From assembly GCA_043228905.1 (NCBI GenBank), contig JBHGNT010000013.1:6386001-6450000 (forward strand): DNA of 64,000 bases, in the 5' to 3' direction. Shown here piece after piece: positions 38,938 to 52,975 of this stretch. Below the pieces are notes generated by a model. That model ran no database searches, was not told the DNA's origin, and worked only from the letters and a program-made list of their open reading frames with translations. The first letter of the stretch is position 1; each line of letters opens with the position of its first letter. The translations under genes and the position numbers were made by a program. Source of the stretch: Azolla caroliniana (Eukaryota > Plantae > Polypodiophyta).

Positions 38938-39857
38938 AAGTCACCCTCTCAATACATTGTACCCTCTCAATACTTGGAGTTCACTATTAATTTTGATGAT
39001 TGACAAATGAATTGATATATTTCATCTTTCTTCTAAAGTGTTTATGCCTGTCAACCACTTGTACTTATCTTTCATAATATATTAGTTGTTGTCAACAAGA
39101 CTTGGATTTCTTCATTGCCGATATTGCTCATGTTTCCTGATGTTATTTGAGCATAGAAGTTTTGCAGAGCCATGGTAAAATGAGTAAAAATATTGTATAT
39201 CTTCTTGATAAAGTCTAGATTCATTGCCGTTGGTGTGTCCTCTGTAGGCACATAAATCTGTAAGTTGAATTCAAATTATGACTTTAATATTGTAAGATTT
39301 TATACTGTAAGTTCATTCTTCAAGAAGCAAATGTGCAATGAAGCCTCAAATTCCTTAACAAAATAATCCAACTCCTGAAACAATAATTTGTGATAGCTCA
39401 AAAAGGGGAGTGTTTCCTTACTACTGTTAGTGGATAGTTCATCCATTGGGATGATATCATCAAAATATGGCCCACATTGCTTCAACAATTTGCACAAATT
39501 CTGGTTACCCTCCAAATGGGATTGATGAAACAGTCTATACTTCAATAACACCCGATATTTTCTGTTTATCATCATTAACACCTGAAAACCTAAATTTTCC
39601 TAGCAAGCTAAGAAGAATTTCAAGCATTTTATCTACAACAGACTCAAAGACTTGGCAACTCATCAGGAGATGATCTCAAAAAAGAAACAAAACGTTGTAA
39701 AAAGAGGAATACTTAGATCAAAAAGTATATTCCCATTGTTTCTACAAAATACAGAAGTAGAATTTTGACATTGGCAATTGAAACAGTATTTTGGTATCCA
39801 AATAGAGGTATTTCAGACATCACTAACAGCTAAAGTTCAAGTACAATCGGAAGAAAA

Positions 39858-42800
39858 TCAGGCACTAGAGGGTAACTTGGCCGATCTTGTAATGCGCTTG
39901 TTGTTGGTGCCAGATTTTACATTCTTCTTTATCTTAAAGCCTTTAGGTATGAGCTGACTAAGTGGCACTTCATCATCAGAGGCATCAGAGATAGGCGTGG
40001 ATGCGCGGGCACCTTGTACTGGTGGCAAGCTTGAGAGAGCAACTGTGTTTTCTGCAACTGCAATGCTTGTACACAAATCCACAAAGGTGCTGTCGATAGT
40101 CAAATTATCACTCATCTTTATTCCCCTATCATCATCAATGATGCCTGTACACTCGTTCTTATTAGACTCCTGTATGTGGACTATGGCAGTAGTCATGGTC
40201 AACTCCTCTTGTACGGTGGCTGTCAACTCATTCTTAAGACTACGTGTACAATCAGGCTTATCTGTACAATCAGGCTCCTCATGTGATTCTGTACAATCAG
40301 GCTTATCTTCAGGGAAAGCGATGTTCTTTCCACGATCCATTTGGGCATTCTCAGTACAATCAAGCTCCTCTTCATTACTAGCAATGTTCTTTCCATACTC
40401 CTCATCAGAATCTTTAGACAGTACTAGCACATTATCAGTAGACACTACTAACACATTATCAGTACAATCAGTCTGCTCTTCAGTACTTGCCATATTCTTT
40501 CCACACTCTTCATGGGCTTCAGTCTTCTCTTCAGTACTTGCCATATTCTTTCCACACTCTTCATGAGCTTCAATCTTCTCTTCAGTACTTGCCATATTCT
40601 TTCCAGAGTCTTCATAGGCTTCAATCTTCTCTTCAGTACTTGCCATATTCTTTCCAGACTCTTCATGGGCTTCAATCTTCTCTTCAGTACTTGCCATATT
40701 CTTTCCACACTCCTCATGGGCTTCTTTAGACATACTGTTGTTTGGACATGCCAGCTGCTCTTCACATATGAATGCTTCGTTTTTCTCACAATCCTCATGT
40801 GTGGAAGATGTGCTTCCAGAATCTGCCTCCGTGGAAAGGTTAATCCCAGAATCTGACTCTGCACTTGTGCTCCATGAAGTTCCCGATTCAGGCTGCTCTT
40901 GTAAACCTAATTAATGGGATTCCAAACAATATTAGTATCAACTCACATACTCAAAAGTTTGCAAACAATGAACATAGGGTTTTGGGCCACATTTTTACCT
41001 AATGTTACATGGTCATACTGTACAGCCGTAGATACCCCATTGCAAGTGGTGGGCTCGGTCATCTTCTCCACAACATCTAGGTGCTCAACAGTGTTGCTAT
41101 GATCTATAGAATGCACCAAAAGCAACAATATAATAGGGTTGTTATGAGCTAAATCATTGTTTTCAAAGTCTGGCTTTTGACGTTTACCTGGGAGTGTGAT
41201 AAATTCGTCTTCACGATCAGGTTTTGAACTCGTATCTCCGTCACCAAATATCATTTCGTCATCAGCTAGCAACACAAGTACATGGTATTAGACAATGGAT
41301 TAGGTTGACAACGCTCCTGACAGGTGAGAACTTATATGACTCACCATTGCATTCAACTTTCCTTTTCTTGCCGTTTCCATACAACATTCTTGCAGCATTT
41401 CTCTTCTTACTGGGCTCTATTTCTAAAGACACATCATTTCTCTTCTTAGTGGGCTCTATTTCAAATTGTTGACCGGAGCTTGGGGAATTTGTTTGTAGAA
41501 GCATATGTTCCACTGCTCCAATGGCCCTTCTCATACATTCATCCTCATCATAAAAATCATAGGTTATTGGTAATGATGGTCCCTGAACCTTGGAATGTGC
41601 GGCAGATATTGAGGGTTTAGGCACAGGGGCTGGTAGTTCCATGACCTTCCCTGGCGTGGAGTTGCTTGACACTACGACATTCATTGCAAGAAACAAAAAA
41701 ACGTTGAACGTTAGTACCATCATCTAAAATATACAATGTAGGTCACAATGTACTCCTCACATAGTTCCTAATTTACTGAACTAGTACTAATAAGGAACAA
41801 TGTACTGCTCACTTAGTTCCCAATTTACACAAGTAGTACTAATCATGCACAATATACACAAGTAGTACTAATCATGCAGAATATACTACTCACTTAGTTA
41901 CCATGTTACACAAGGAGTACTAATCCCGAACAATGTACCACTGTACTAATCATGAACAATGTACTACTCACTTGTTTCCTAAATTAGTGGACTAGTACTT
42001 ATAAGGAACAATGTACTGCTCACTTAGTTCGCAAATTACACAAATAGTACTAATCATGCACAATATACACAAGTAGTACTAATCATGCACAAGTACTAAT
42101 CCCGAAAAATGCACCACTGACTTTGTCAAATTTATAAGTAGTACTAATCTTGAACAATGTACTACTCACTTATTTCCTAAATCACTGAACTAGTACTAAT
42201 CCCGAACAATGTACTGCTCACTTAGTTCCCAAATTACACAAATAGTACTAATCATGCACAATATACTACTCACTTAGTTACCAATTTACACAAATAAGGT
42301 ACAAATCTAGTACTAATAGGGAACAAAGTACTACTCAGTTCCCAAATTACAAAACTAGTACTAATCATGAGCAATGTACTACTCACTTAGTTACAAAACT
42401 ATTACTAATCATGAGCAATGTACTAGAAACTTAGTTCACAAAGTACAAAACTAGTACTAATCATGAACAATGTAGTAATTACTAAGTACTAATCCAACAA
42501 ATGTAGATTGGTATTTTGCACACAAGTAATACTAAACGTGATATGTGTTCTACACACCTAGTTACATAACTTGTACTAATTACACCAACAGTATTGAACT
42601 TGAACAGTATTAGTACTAAACGTGATATGTGTTTCACACACCTCATTTCCAAATTACAGAAACTGTACTATTATTCAGCAATTTAAGTGACACCTTGTTC
42701 CCAAATTACATTACTAGTACTAATTTCCAAGTTACACAAACAATACTAACAGTCAACAGTGTACTATAAGTATAGTGTTTACTAAACTAATACTAGGCAA

Positions 42801-44359
42801 GTTACAATATAGATTGGACGATGTTGTACCTGGTTCCCTTTTAGTACTACTAATTCTGGAAAATATCCCTTCAACTAACTACACATACCAATTATATATT
42901 AAGAGTACTGCCAATACTATCCCATTGTTGTTAGAGATACACTAATACTAATCCATTGTTCTCCTAAATTTTAAGTATGAATTGTGGCATACACTAGTTC
43001 TAGTCCAAATGATAATTGACATTATATAATACAAACAATAGAATAGTAGAGCCACATACCGTACGGGTGTACTTTTAAACCCCAAGCATAGTACCACTCA
43101 GCCGCAATTGTAGTTTTACAGTCCATACATGTATTCTCTTTCTCAAAATGATACTTAGCACATAGCACATGATATGTGTGCAAGCATGGTGTAATCACAA
43201 CATCCATAGCCTCCAGCTTGAATCCGAGGCCACAAAATATACACCTGGAAGATTGCAAACACAAGTTATAATATATTAGCTGCTCACTTATTTATACCAT
43301 AAAAGTAGAAATAAATAACTTTTAAAGCTAATACCGTGATATAGCTATACTAGTAATGGTACTTTCTATACCACTTGGGTGCTCAATTACAGATGGACAC
43401 AAAGTATCAAAACCATTATGTTTTAAATCCTGCATCAAGCATGCAAGGTTCTCAGAATGCAACTTTAAGGCTGACAACTTATTATCTATTTCTTCATGTG
43501 CATTCCTGCAAGTATCAAGGTCTGTCATCTGTGAATGTAATTGAGCACCCATATTGTTCAGCTCTTTCTTCAACTCCTCTTTCAACACCTCACTTTCTGA
43601 ATTTTGGATTGTCGATGCAATCCATTCATATGTAGTCTTTATTGAAGAAAATTTCTTTTCTGCCTGTATCTCAGCTGATTTAACTGCTTCCAAATCAGCA
43701 AGTAGTGCTTGTATTCTTGAGCTCATAGAAGCTATGCAACCAGCCATCATCTGTTCATGTTTTTCAGTCATTGTGGCCCGTACCTTTGCCTCTAGAACTT
43801 GTTGGACAGGTGTTGTAGCTGGAATATCCACATGAGAGGTTCCAGATGACTTCAAGCCAGTGTTGGTACTGGAGGACCCTTTGTAATGTTCTGACCGGTG
43901 CCGATTAAAATCTTCCCAATTAACGTCGATGCCACCTTGAACTTCACATGCAAAAGCACGTGCAAAAACAGTACCCACCTCATTGTTAGTGATTTGATTT
44001 GTATCATAAACATGTTCGTATCTCGTCTTCAATAAATTGATGTATTCCCTCTTCAAACCACTCATGTGGAATCCTCGCCTTGTGTCGGGATGTGCTGACC
44101 CCCAGGTTTTTAACAACCACTCTCTCAGCTCTGGGTAAACGTCAGGTCGTGCCCGAAGGAAATAATTCCATCCAAGAGGTGTGTCTCGACTGATGGACTG
44201 GTACTGCCAGGTCTTCTTTCTCTGTGTTGATGAATTCATCACCCTTTCTCTTGTGGGTGTCTTCTTGCTTTCTTTCATGGGTGTCCTTCTTCCTTCCTTC
44301 ACTGGTGTCTTCACTTTCTCTTTCATCAATGTCTTCTTTATGGGTGTCCTTCTCGTCAT
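39858..44359 (-). CDS. Transposon accessory gene: basic N-terminus, coiled coil, RING-H2, acidic repeats (~920-950 aa, multi-exon)
   Basis: Exons 44359-43335, 43244-43060, 41671-41345, 41265-40999 (optional intron 41104-41187) and 40906-39858 join in frame at GT-AG sites. RING motif CIFC..CLHTYHVLC..CMDC. Confidence 0.72.
40478..40725 (-). repeat. 60-bp coding tandem repeat (EAHEECGKNMASTEEKI, four copies)
   Basis: CTTCAGTACTTGCCATATTCTTTCCA recurs every 60 bp. Confidence 0.9.
41740..42950. repeat. Degenerate TAGTACTAATC-rich repeats in the accessory-gene intron
   Basis: Recurrent TAGTACTAATCATG..CAATGTACT.CTCACTTAGTT units. Confidence 0.8.
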
Positions 44360-45289
44360 TTTCCTAGTCAACACAATTCTCATCAACACATAGCAAATCA
44401 ATTACCATCAACACATCGCAATTACCATCAACACATAGCAAATCATCACATTGCATGTACAAACCACATGTACAAACCACATAGCAAATCATCACATTGC
44501 AAATCAACACACAATAACCCTAAATAGTCAAACACACAGAAAATAAAACTCATCCATGTCAAACACACAGAAAATAAAAACAGACGAATAGGAAAGTCAA
44601 AGAAAACGAAAACTTTGTAAATCATCATAACCAACTCCATCACATCGCATGTACAAGCCATGTCCAACATACAAAAACCCAAAATAGTAGGAAAAAAACT
44701 CATCCATGCCAAACTCACACAAAATAAAAACAGATGGACATGAAACATTAACAAAACAAAAACATAGCAACTCATCATAGCCAACTCCATTTTGGCCACA
44801 TGTACAAACATGTCTAACACACAACCACATCGAACAAAATATTGTGATACATTTTTAAAAGAAACACAGAGAAACACAGAGAAAACAAAAACATACCAGT
44901 TGGGCATGCAACACATAGACTATGAATAATCAAAACCTACAAATGGTCATACACATACAAATAAAAAACAGACAGAGAGGAAACATTCAGAAAAAGAATA
45001 CATACCAGTTGGGCATGCAACACAGAGAATACCTGGAGGTCGCTAAACTTGCAGAGGTACCACACCGTCTTGATTTCGATACCTTGGGAGACAAACGAGA
45101 AAACTTCAGGATGACAAACGAGCAAAACGTCAGAGGCTGCTGCAGAGGAGACAAACGAGCAAACTTCAGAGGCTGCTGCAGAGGAGACAAACTTCAGAGG
45201 CTGCTGCAGAGGCTGCTGCGTATACAGAGTTCAGAGATCGAACCTGGCACAGAGGGGAACACAAGAACAACAACAACGGGGAAACAGAT

Positions 45290-45490
45290 AATCGAAGGTG
45301 GAGTGAGAGAGAGAAACAGAAAGAAAGAAAGAAAGAGACCTTCGAAGGTGGAGTGAGAGACAGAGAAACAGACCTTCGAAGGTGTCTGTCTGACAACTTC
45401 GAGGTAGAAGAGAGAGAGAGAGAGACAGAGAGTGAGTGAGAGACAAAGAGAAACAGACCCTCGACGGTGTCTGTCTGACAACTTCGAGAC

Positions 45491-45540
<50 letters not shown>

Positions 45541-45629
45541 CAGACAGACAGAGAGACAGAGAGACAGAGAGTGAGTGAGAGACAGAGAGAAACAGACCTT
45601 CGAAGGTGTCTGTCTGACAACTTCGAGAC

Positions 45630-45671
<42 letters not shown>

Positions 45672-45725
45672 GAGAGAGAGACATACCAACTGACACGTTC
45701 GACTACCAATACCAGAGAGAGAGAG
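45290..45725. repeat. Compound (AG)n microsatellite with ~120-bp repeat units
   Basis: CGAAGGTGTCTGTCTGACAACTTCGAG followed by (AG)n, repeated three times. Confidence 0.85.
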
Positions 45726-46132
45726 ATTGACACTGACCACCTGTCACAATGGAAACCTTCTCCAGGTGTGCTTTCGTACAACTCTACCTAGGAGACTGGG
45801 GCAACACTTAATGCATTAAATATGGCCTAGGGACATTCGAGTGTGACGTATAATATCTTTGAACATTCGAGTGTGACGTAATGAATTTGTTTTTGGTTTT
45901 TTGAAATTTATTTACAATTTTTAATGTTTCTTTTCTTCTTCGATTTAGTACTAAATTTTTGGCCAAAAGTTGGTACACCGTAGCATGCTTCGACCCATAT
46001 TCATTAAGTAGTTAAGACTCGACCTCTTCCCAAGAGGCGACTCTGGTGAGAGAATCTAGAGAGAAGGTGACTACATAGGCACCTTCTCCTTCTCTTTGTA
46101 ATGTGGTTGATTATTCTTGCTCCCCTTGTAAT

Positions 46133-46928
46133 AGAGTTCAAATAGGTGAATCAAAGCTAAGAAGTAGGTTATGATGTGATATCATAAAATCTAAATTTTG
46201 AAATTCAGAGCGAGAGACATGATATGAAAAAGTACGATTGTGTTACAAATCAGGCAGGGACAGACAAGAGCGACTACCTGCATCAGAAAGCTCATGGCTT
46301 CCTCATATTATATCATATTTCAGAGTTCAAATAGGTGAATCAAAGCTAACGAAATAGGCTACGATATGATATCATAAAATCTAAAATATGAAATTCAGAG
46401 CAAGAGACATGATATGAAAAGTAAGGTTGTGTCACAAATCAAGTAGAAATCAAGCAGGGACAAACAAGAACGCCCGAGTAAATAAGAAAGTTCATAGTTT
46501 CCTCGTATTATATCGGATTTTAGAGTTCAAATAGGTGAATCAAAGCCAACGAAGTACTTTATGATATGATATCATAAAATCTAAAATTTGAAATTCAGAG
46601 CGAGAGACATGATATGAAAAGTAAGGTTGTGTCACAAATCAAGCATGGACAGACAAGAGCGACTGCCTACATTAGAAAGCTCATAACTTCCTCGTATTAT
46701 ATCAGATTTTAGAGTTCAAATAGGTAAATCAAAGCCAACGAAGTAGGCTATGATATGACCGGATAAAATCTAAATTTGGAAATTCATGGCGAGAGATGTG
46801 AAGGAAAAAGGAAAGTTGTGGTAAAAATCAAGCAAGGACAAACAAGAGCGCCCGAGTGAATCAGAAAGCTCATAGCTTCCTCGTGTGATATCATATTTAA
46901 GAGTTCAAATAGGTTAATGAAAGCTACA
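46133..46928 (+). repeat. ~190-bp satellite, four units plus a partial unit
   Basis: AGAGTTCAAATAGGT at 46133, 46322, 46522, 46711 and 46900. An inverted fragment lies at ~27368-27430. Confidence 0.9.
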
Positions 46929-46929
46929 A

Positions 46930-47920
46930 AGCTTTTGAGAAAGCATGATACTGTCAGGAGTTCGAATTACTTCTATTCCTAGAAAGTAATGAAGCTCCTT
47001 CATGTCTTTCATTTCGAATTGGTTGGAGAGGAGCTTCTTGATGTGCTCTATATCTACTAAATGCTCTCCTCCTATGACCAAGTCATCCACATAAATGACG
47101 ATAAATACCTATCCTCTAGAGTCGCTCCGAATGAACAACGAGTTGTCGGACTAGGACATGGTGAAGCCGAATTGATGAAGATATTACGTTATTTTCGAGT
47201 GCCATGCTCTCAGTGCTTGCTTGAAACCGTAGAGAGGTTTTTGGAGTCGGCAAATAGCAGTCAGACGCGTGGTTGACCCGAATCCAGGTGGTTGTATCAT
47301 GTACACCCCTTCTTCTAACTCACCTTGGAGAAAGTTGTTCTTTACGTCCATTTGGTGGAGGTATCACCCTTTTGCTGCTACAAGCGCGATCACGGTTCAA
47401 ACTGTAGTCATCTTTGCCACCGAGACATAGGTCTCTTCGTAGTCGACACCGTGCGTCTGTATGTAACCTTTTGCCACAAGCCGGGCCTTGTACCGATTGA
47501 TAGCGTCATCAGCATTGTGCTTCACTTTGAGCCTCCACCGACATCCAATTACCTTTTGGTGGTGTGAAGAAGGGACGCGATTCCATGTCTCATTCTTGGA
47601 GAGTGCTTGCATCTCCTCATTCATTGCTTTGACCCATCTAGGGTCCTTCATGGCTTCGAAAAAGGTTTCTGGTTCTCGGACTGTCGTCACCTTCATCATG
47701 AATGCATAATGATATGCCATGTAGTCATTGTAGCCGAATCGGTTGACTACGTTCTTTTCTCGGGTGGAACGACGTGGTTCTCCTGGTGTCCTCATGATAG
47801 GCAAATCCAATCTACCAAACTCATTGTCGGGTAAGTGAGTCGATTCATTTCCATCTAAGTTTTCGTACTCAGGCATTTTGGCCTTTCCTTTGTCCTGTTT
47901 CAGACTCGGTGTTAAGAGTC
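46930..47920 (-). pseudogene. Copia RT remnant
   Basis: EPETF.EA..WVKAMNEEM, RYKARLVAKGY.Q.HGVDYEET. Confidence 0.85.
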
Positions 47921-50900
47921 TATTACTAATCAATAGACCAAAAAAAAAAAAAGCAAAAAGAAGGAAAATAGATTGGATAGAAGAACATGTTCCACCTGAC
48001 CACCCACGAGCTATGATCTAGACATAGCCAACCTACCATCGACATCCCATAGCGCCGGATATTAGGATGACTAATACCTTGGAAGACATTACACGATTGT
48101 CGAGATGAAGCCTAGCCCGCACCACCAGTGTCTAAGACAGCAACCTTTCGACGTAATGTGCTTATGAGGGTGTCTAAGCCTCATATTTATACCTTTTCCT
48201 AGGCCCCTTGAATAGATATGCCTTTCTAAAAGGCGCTCCATTCATTGGTTGTCCAAATCATGATAGTGCAATGCACCTATCATTCCTTCTATCCAATCAC
48301 ATTAGTCCCCTTTTTAACATTAGCGAACATACCCTTCACTTATGTAAATATTAGTGATCTACCCTCACCTACGTTATGTGTACATACCATACTCCCCTAC
48401 TTCAAAGATTGCACTCTTGCAATATAAAGTGAGGAAATTGTGCCTTAAGAGTATGCTCATGTTCCCACGTGGCATCATCAATAGGTTTATCCATCCATTT
48501 GATCTTGAATAGCCTAATCTCTTTAGAACGTAAAAGTTTAGTTCGAGAATCAAGAATTTGTTCAGGAACATGAGTTTTGTAAGAAAATTCCTCTAATGTT
48601 ACAAGATCCTGGATTGTGATGGTGTTATCACCAAAGCCTAAAAATAGTTTTAGACGAACGACGTGAAAAACAAGATGAATACCAATGTTACGGGGTAAGG
48701 CAAGGTGATAAGCAAATGACCCAACTCGCTTAAGGAGTTCAAATGGGCCACAATATCGTAGGGCTAACTTGGCGCACTTTCCCATAGACAATGACGTAGA
48801 GTCAGTAGGGACACGCAAAAAAACACTTTCACCAATAGTAAATGTACGAGGACGTCTATCCTGATCAGCATAAAATCGAGCACGATCTTGAGATGTCTGA
48901 ACATTTTCTTTGGCAATATGCAACATTTGGTTCATGTCTTGCAAACAATTGTGTGTACTGTCTAATGTATCATGATGAATCGTGACGTCGACTAGGGCAC
49001 GTGGCTGAAAACCATACATCAACATAAAAACATTATATCCATTGGATGTATGTTTTGAGCTATTATAGGCAAATTCTAAGATAGGAAGGTATTGTCCCAC
49101 TTAGAAGGGGTTTTTGCTACATAAGCTCGAAGCATGTCCTCAATAATTTGATTAACTCGTTCAGTTTGTCCATCAGACTGAGGATGATCTGCGGAACTCA
49201 TGCTCAACGTAGTTTCTAGCTTCTTAAAGACCCGAGTCCAAAAGTCACTAGTAAACCTGGAATCTCAATCACTAACAATATCCATCGATAATCCATAAAA
49301 ACGAAATAACTCATCAACAAATTGATAAGCCAATTGTTGAGCGGTTATTGTGGTTTTGGTAGGAATAAATCTAGCCAATTTTGTTAGTCGGTCAACGACA
49401 ACCCAAATGGCATCGTGACCCCTCTGTGTACGAGGTAAACTAACAATAAAATCCATCGAGATACCTTCCCATTTGTTGTTGGAAATATCTAAGGGATGTA
49501 AAAGGCCATCTTTTGACTTATTAATTTGACATTGTAAGCATTGAGACACGTATTTATGCACGTCAAAGCGCATCTTAGGCCAGAAAATAGTACTCTACAT
49601 GAGAACGAGTGTGCATTGTATTCTAGGATGACCAGCAGATGGTGCATCATGACATTCATGAAGAATTTTCTGTTTTACGTTTGGTAAATCTGGAACACAT
49701 ACCTTTCCACTACGGTAGAGTAAACCGTTTGTAATGTGAAAGGTCGCCTTCGAGGGTAGGGTGCTAGTAACGACATCTAAACCAAATTCGGCTCTCGTCT
49801 AGTATTTTGAGAAATAACTGTCATCAAGGTATTTCCCTCGAAGGTGATCTAAAAGATCAGATTTTATTTCCATGAAGCTAAGCATGTTAACTTCTTTAAT
49901 ATGACTAAGAGCATCCGCAGTGTATGGAAAAATCAAAATCTTGCATAAGGTCAACCCAACGGCCTTTGCGACCAACAAGATCTGGTTGGTCACAAAAATA
50001 TTTCAAGGATTGATGGTCCGTTGTAACCACAAATTGATTTCCATAGAGATAATGCCTCCATGTTTGTAGTGCATGTGTTACCGCAAACAACTCTTTCTCT
50101 TGAACCAAATACCGAGATTGAGTAGCATCAAGCTTTTTACTTTCAAAAGCAATAGGGTGACCACCTTGATAAAGGATGACACCAATAACATAATCACTAG
50201 CATCGGTTTTGATTGAGAAAGGCCTGGAAAGGTCCGGTAATAGAAGAGTTGGAGCTTGACACACATGCTCTTTGAGTGTCTCAAATGATTTGTCAAGTTG
50301 TTCATTCCATGAAATTGGTTTGACAGACTTATGTGGATGACCTTTTAAAAGGTCAATTAATGGCGTAGTCAATTTAGAATAATTACAAATTGATTTTCGT
50401 AAAAATCCAACAAATCCTAAGAATGATCGAAGTTCAAGAATATTATGAGGAATGGGCAAAAGTTTAACCTTTTCAATACGAGAAGGTTCAATTTCAACAC
50501 CATTTTTAGTAATTAAATGACCTAGGTACACAATAGATTTTTGGAAAAAATCACATTTTGAATGTTTTGCATAGAAAGAGTTGTCACGCAACTTTTGCAA
50601 AATAAATCGAACATGTTGAACATGATCTTGCAAGGTACGACTATATATGAGAATATCATCCAGGAAGACGACAACAAAATCACCGAGTTGATCTCGGAAA
50701 ACGCCATTCATTGCTTGTTGGAATGTAGTAGGAGCATTAGTCAACCCGAAAGGCATGACTAAAAACTCATAATGGCCATAGCGCGTACAAAAAGCGGTTT
50801 TAGGAATATCATCCTCGGCAATGTGAATCTGATGATAACTTGTTCGTAAATGAATTTTAGTAAAATATCAGGCCCCATGCAAACGATCAATCAAATCATT

Positions 50901-52975
50901 GACACGAGGTAACAGATATGCATTTTTAATTGTCATTTTATTCAAATGATGATAATTGATACACATTCGACATGAACCTTCTTTCTTCTTAACTAATAGA
51001 ACTGGCGCACCCCAAGGTGATTTACTATACCTAATGTGGCCCATACTCAAGTATTCATTAAGTTGTTTCATGATCTCATCCTCTTCTAATCGAATAAGTC
51101 GATAAGGTGGAATGATCACAGGAGGAGCACTAGGGATGAGTTCAATTTGGTGGCCCACATTACGTTTTGGTGGTAAAGTAAGCGGTAATTCGTTAGGAAA
51201 CACGTCTTGAAAATCGTCTAAAATAGAGTCGAGTAATTGTTGTTCATAATTTGGTGGCATCAAGATTAAAGTAATAAAATTGAAGCGTAGGATGAATTAC
51301 ACACGAATAAATTAATGAACTAGAATACTCACTTAAAGATTTAGAAGACACAAGTGAACGAGAAGGAAGTTTGAAACATTGAATACAATGTTTACAATTA
51401 TTAAGTTCAAATGTGATTGAGTGATTAACCCAATCAATGGACAAAGAAGGCTTTTTATTAAAAAACCAAGGGTATCCTAAAATAACATCTACGGATTGTA
51501 GTTTCATAACATGAAAGTCAAGCTTCTCTAGATAGGTATCTATTTGAATTGGCAGTTGACAAACAATGCCACTAATGTATTGAACGCCTCCATTTGCCCT
51601 GTGAACGTGATAGATATGATCACTTGCGTTTATGTGGAGTTGCATTAGCTGCACCAAGTGATCATTAAGGAAATTGTGAGAACTACCAGAATAAAATAAG
51701 AAATGTGCTTGTGTTCCATTGATATACCCGACTGCTCAGAGTAAATCATTAGGTCCAAGTAAATGTGAAGGAAAAGTGCATTCACATGAACTTAAGTGGT
51801 TGGTATGAACTTCAATAACATCAAAAGACTCACATGTGTGACTTGTAGATTTGACTTGAGGAGGGGTGTTCATTGACTTCCTCTCAAGACGACGACAAGT
51901 ATCCTTTGTGTGGCCCCGCTTTTTGCAATATGCACAGAAGAGGTTCGGTTTCTTTGAGTCATGGTCAAGAGTGTCACTAGATTGCTTACGTTTCCCAATG
52001 AACTTGACATTCGGAGTTTTGGTGAACTCAAGTTTATTGTGGTCTTTCTTGCAAATCTTATGGTACCGAAGTACAATGTTGATGACTTCCTTGAAAGTTG
52101 TGGGGTCCTTGTCATGGACAATCCAATGGTAATCCCCATTGGGAATACCATTCAAAAAACAAGCAACAAACCATTTCTCACCATTAAGTCCAAATTTTTG
52201 GACCTAGGTCCGAGCATGATGCACATAATCCTTGAGAGAGGTAAATGGCTTGCTCGACAACGTGAGCAAGTTTTGCGCTTGTTTGGTTTGAGAAGGTGGC
52301 TGCAAGAACTGTTTCTTAAAAACATCGACAAAACCTTCCTAAGTTCTGGGTAAGTTCTTTGTAATCCTTAGGTCACGCCACCAAGCAACAACTCGGCCAC
52401 CTAACTCACGACCGACATAACCAATTTTTACAGCATCAGGCTTGGGATGGAGCTCAAAGCGAGACTCCCAATGACCAAGCCAAGTGCTAATGGCCTCCTC
52501 GGTTCTTTCTTTCTTATCTCCCTTGAATGGTGTGACTACAAAAGAAGGTTCACCTTCTTTCTTGGACTCAATAGTCAATTCTTGGAATTTCTTTTCCAAA
52601 GCCATATCGGCTTGCCTTTTTTCGGCCAATTGATTCAAGGTAATAGTGAGCTATTGCTCAATAGTTATCTCAGCTTGTGTGTGATATGCAGATTGGAGTT
52701 GAGAGGTCTCAGCCGGAGAGATTGCTCCAACAGTGTTCAAAATTTGTTCTATGATGCGAGTTGTGTGAACGCAATATAAATAAGGAGGTTCAAAAAATAC
52801 ACAAGCAAAATGAATGCTTGAAATTTTGATTGGAAGAACTTTATCAAGAATGCATCTCACGTCTTTACCCCTCTAGACATATGAGATGTGATTCGAGATG
52901 TGATAATTATGGTAACACTATGGTGTTTTAAAAACTGTGGGTTTTCTGCTAAGATGTATTTCTCATATCTCTATC
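47921..52975 (-). mobile_element. Decayed chromovirus related to 5974-13025; 3' LTR ~47921-48389
   Basis: Gag, PR, RT, RH, INT and chromodomain fragments (52638-48402) are homologous to ORF 8051. PPT at 48391-48403. Leader 52850-52945 matches 7950-8040. Interrupted at 52976. Confidence 0.9.

Larger units (their letters stand above)
33825..45996 (+). mobile_element. Complete 12.2-kb TIR DNA transposon, Sola2-like
   Basis: 26-bp TIRs: GGGTAGAAGCACGCTACGGTGTACCA (33825-33850) and the reverse complement of 45971-45996, with 2 mismatches. TSD ATAT at 33821-33824 and 45997-46000. Inserted in a Copia LTR. Confidence 0.9.

Noticed and set aside
39300-39673. Short ORFs between the two convergent transposon genes
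   Set aside because: No motifs; probably 3' UTR or intergenic sequence.
45166-45781. SLSLSL/ERERER ORFs (also 5378-5573)
   Set aside because: These are translations of (AG)n microsatellites.
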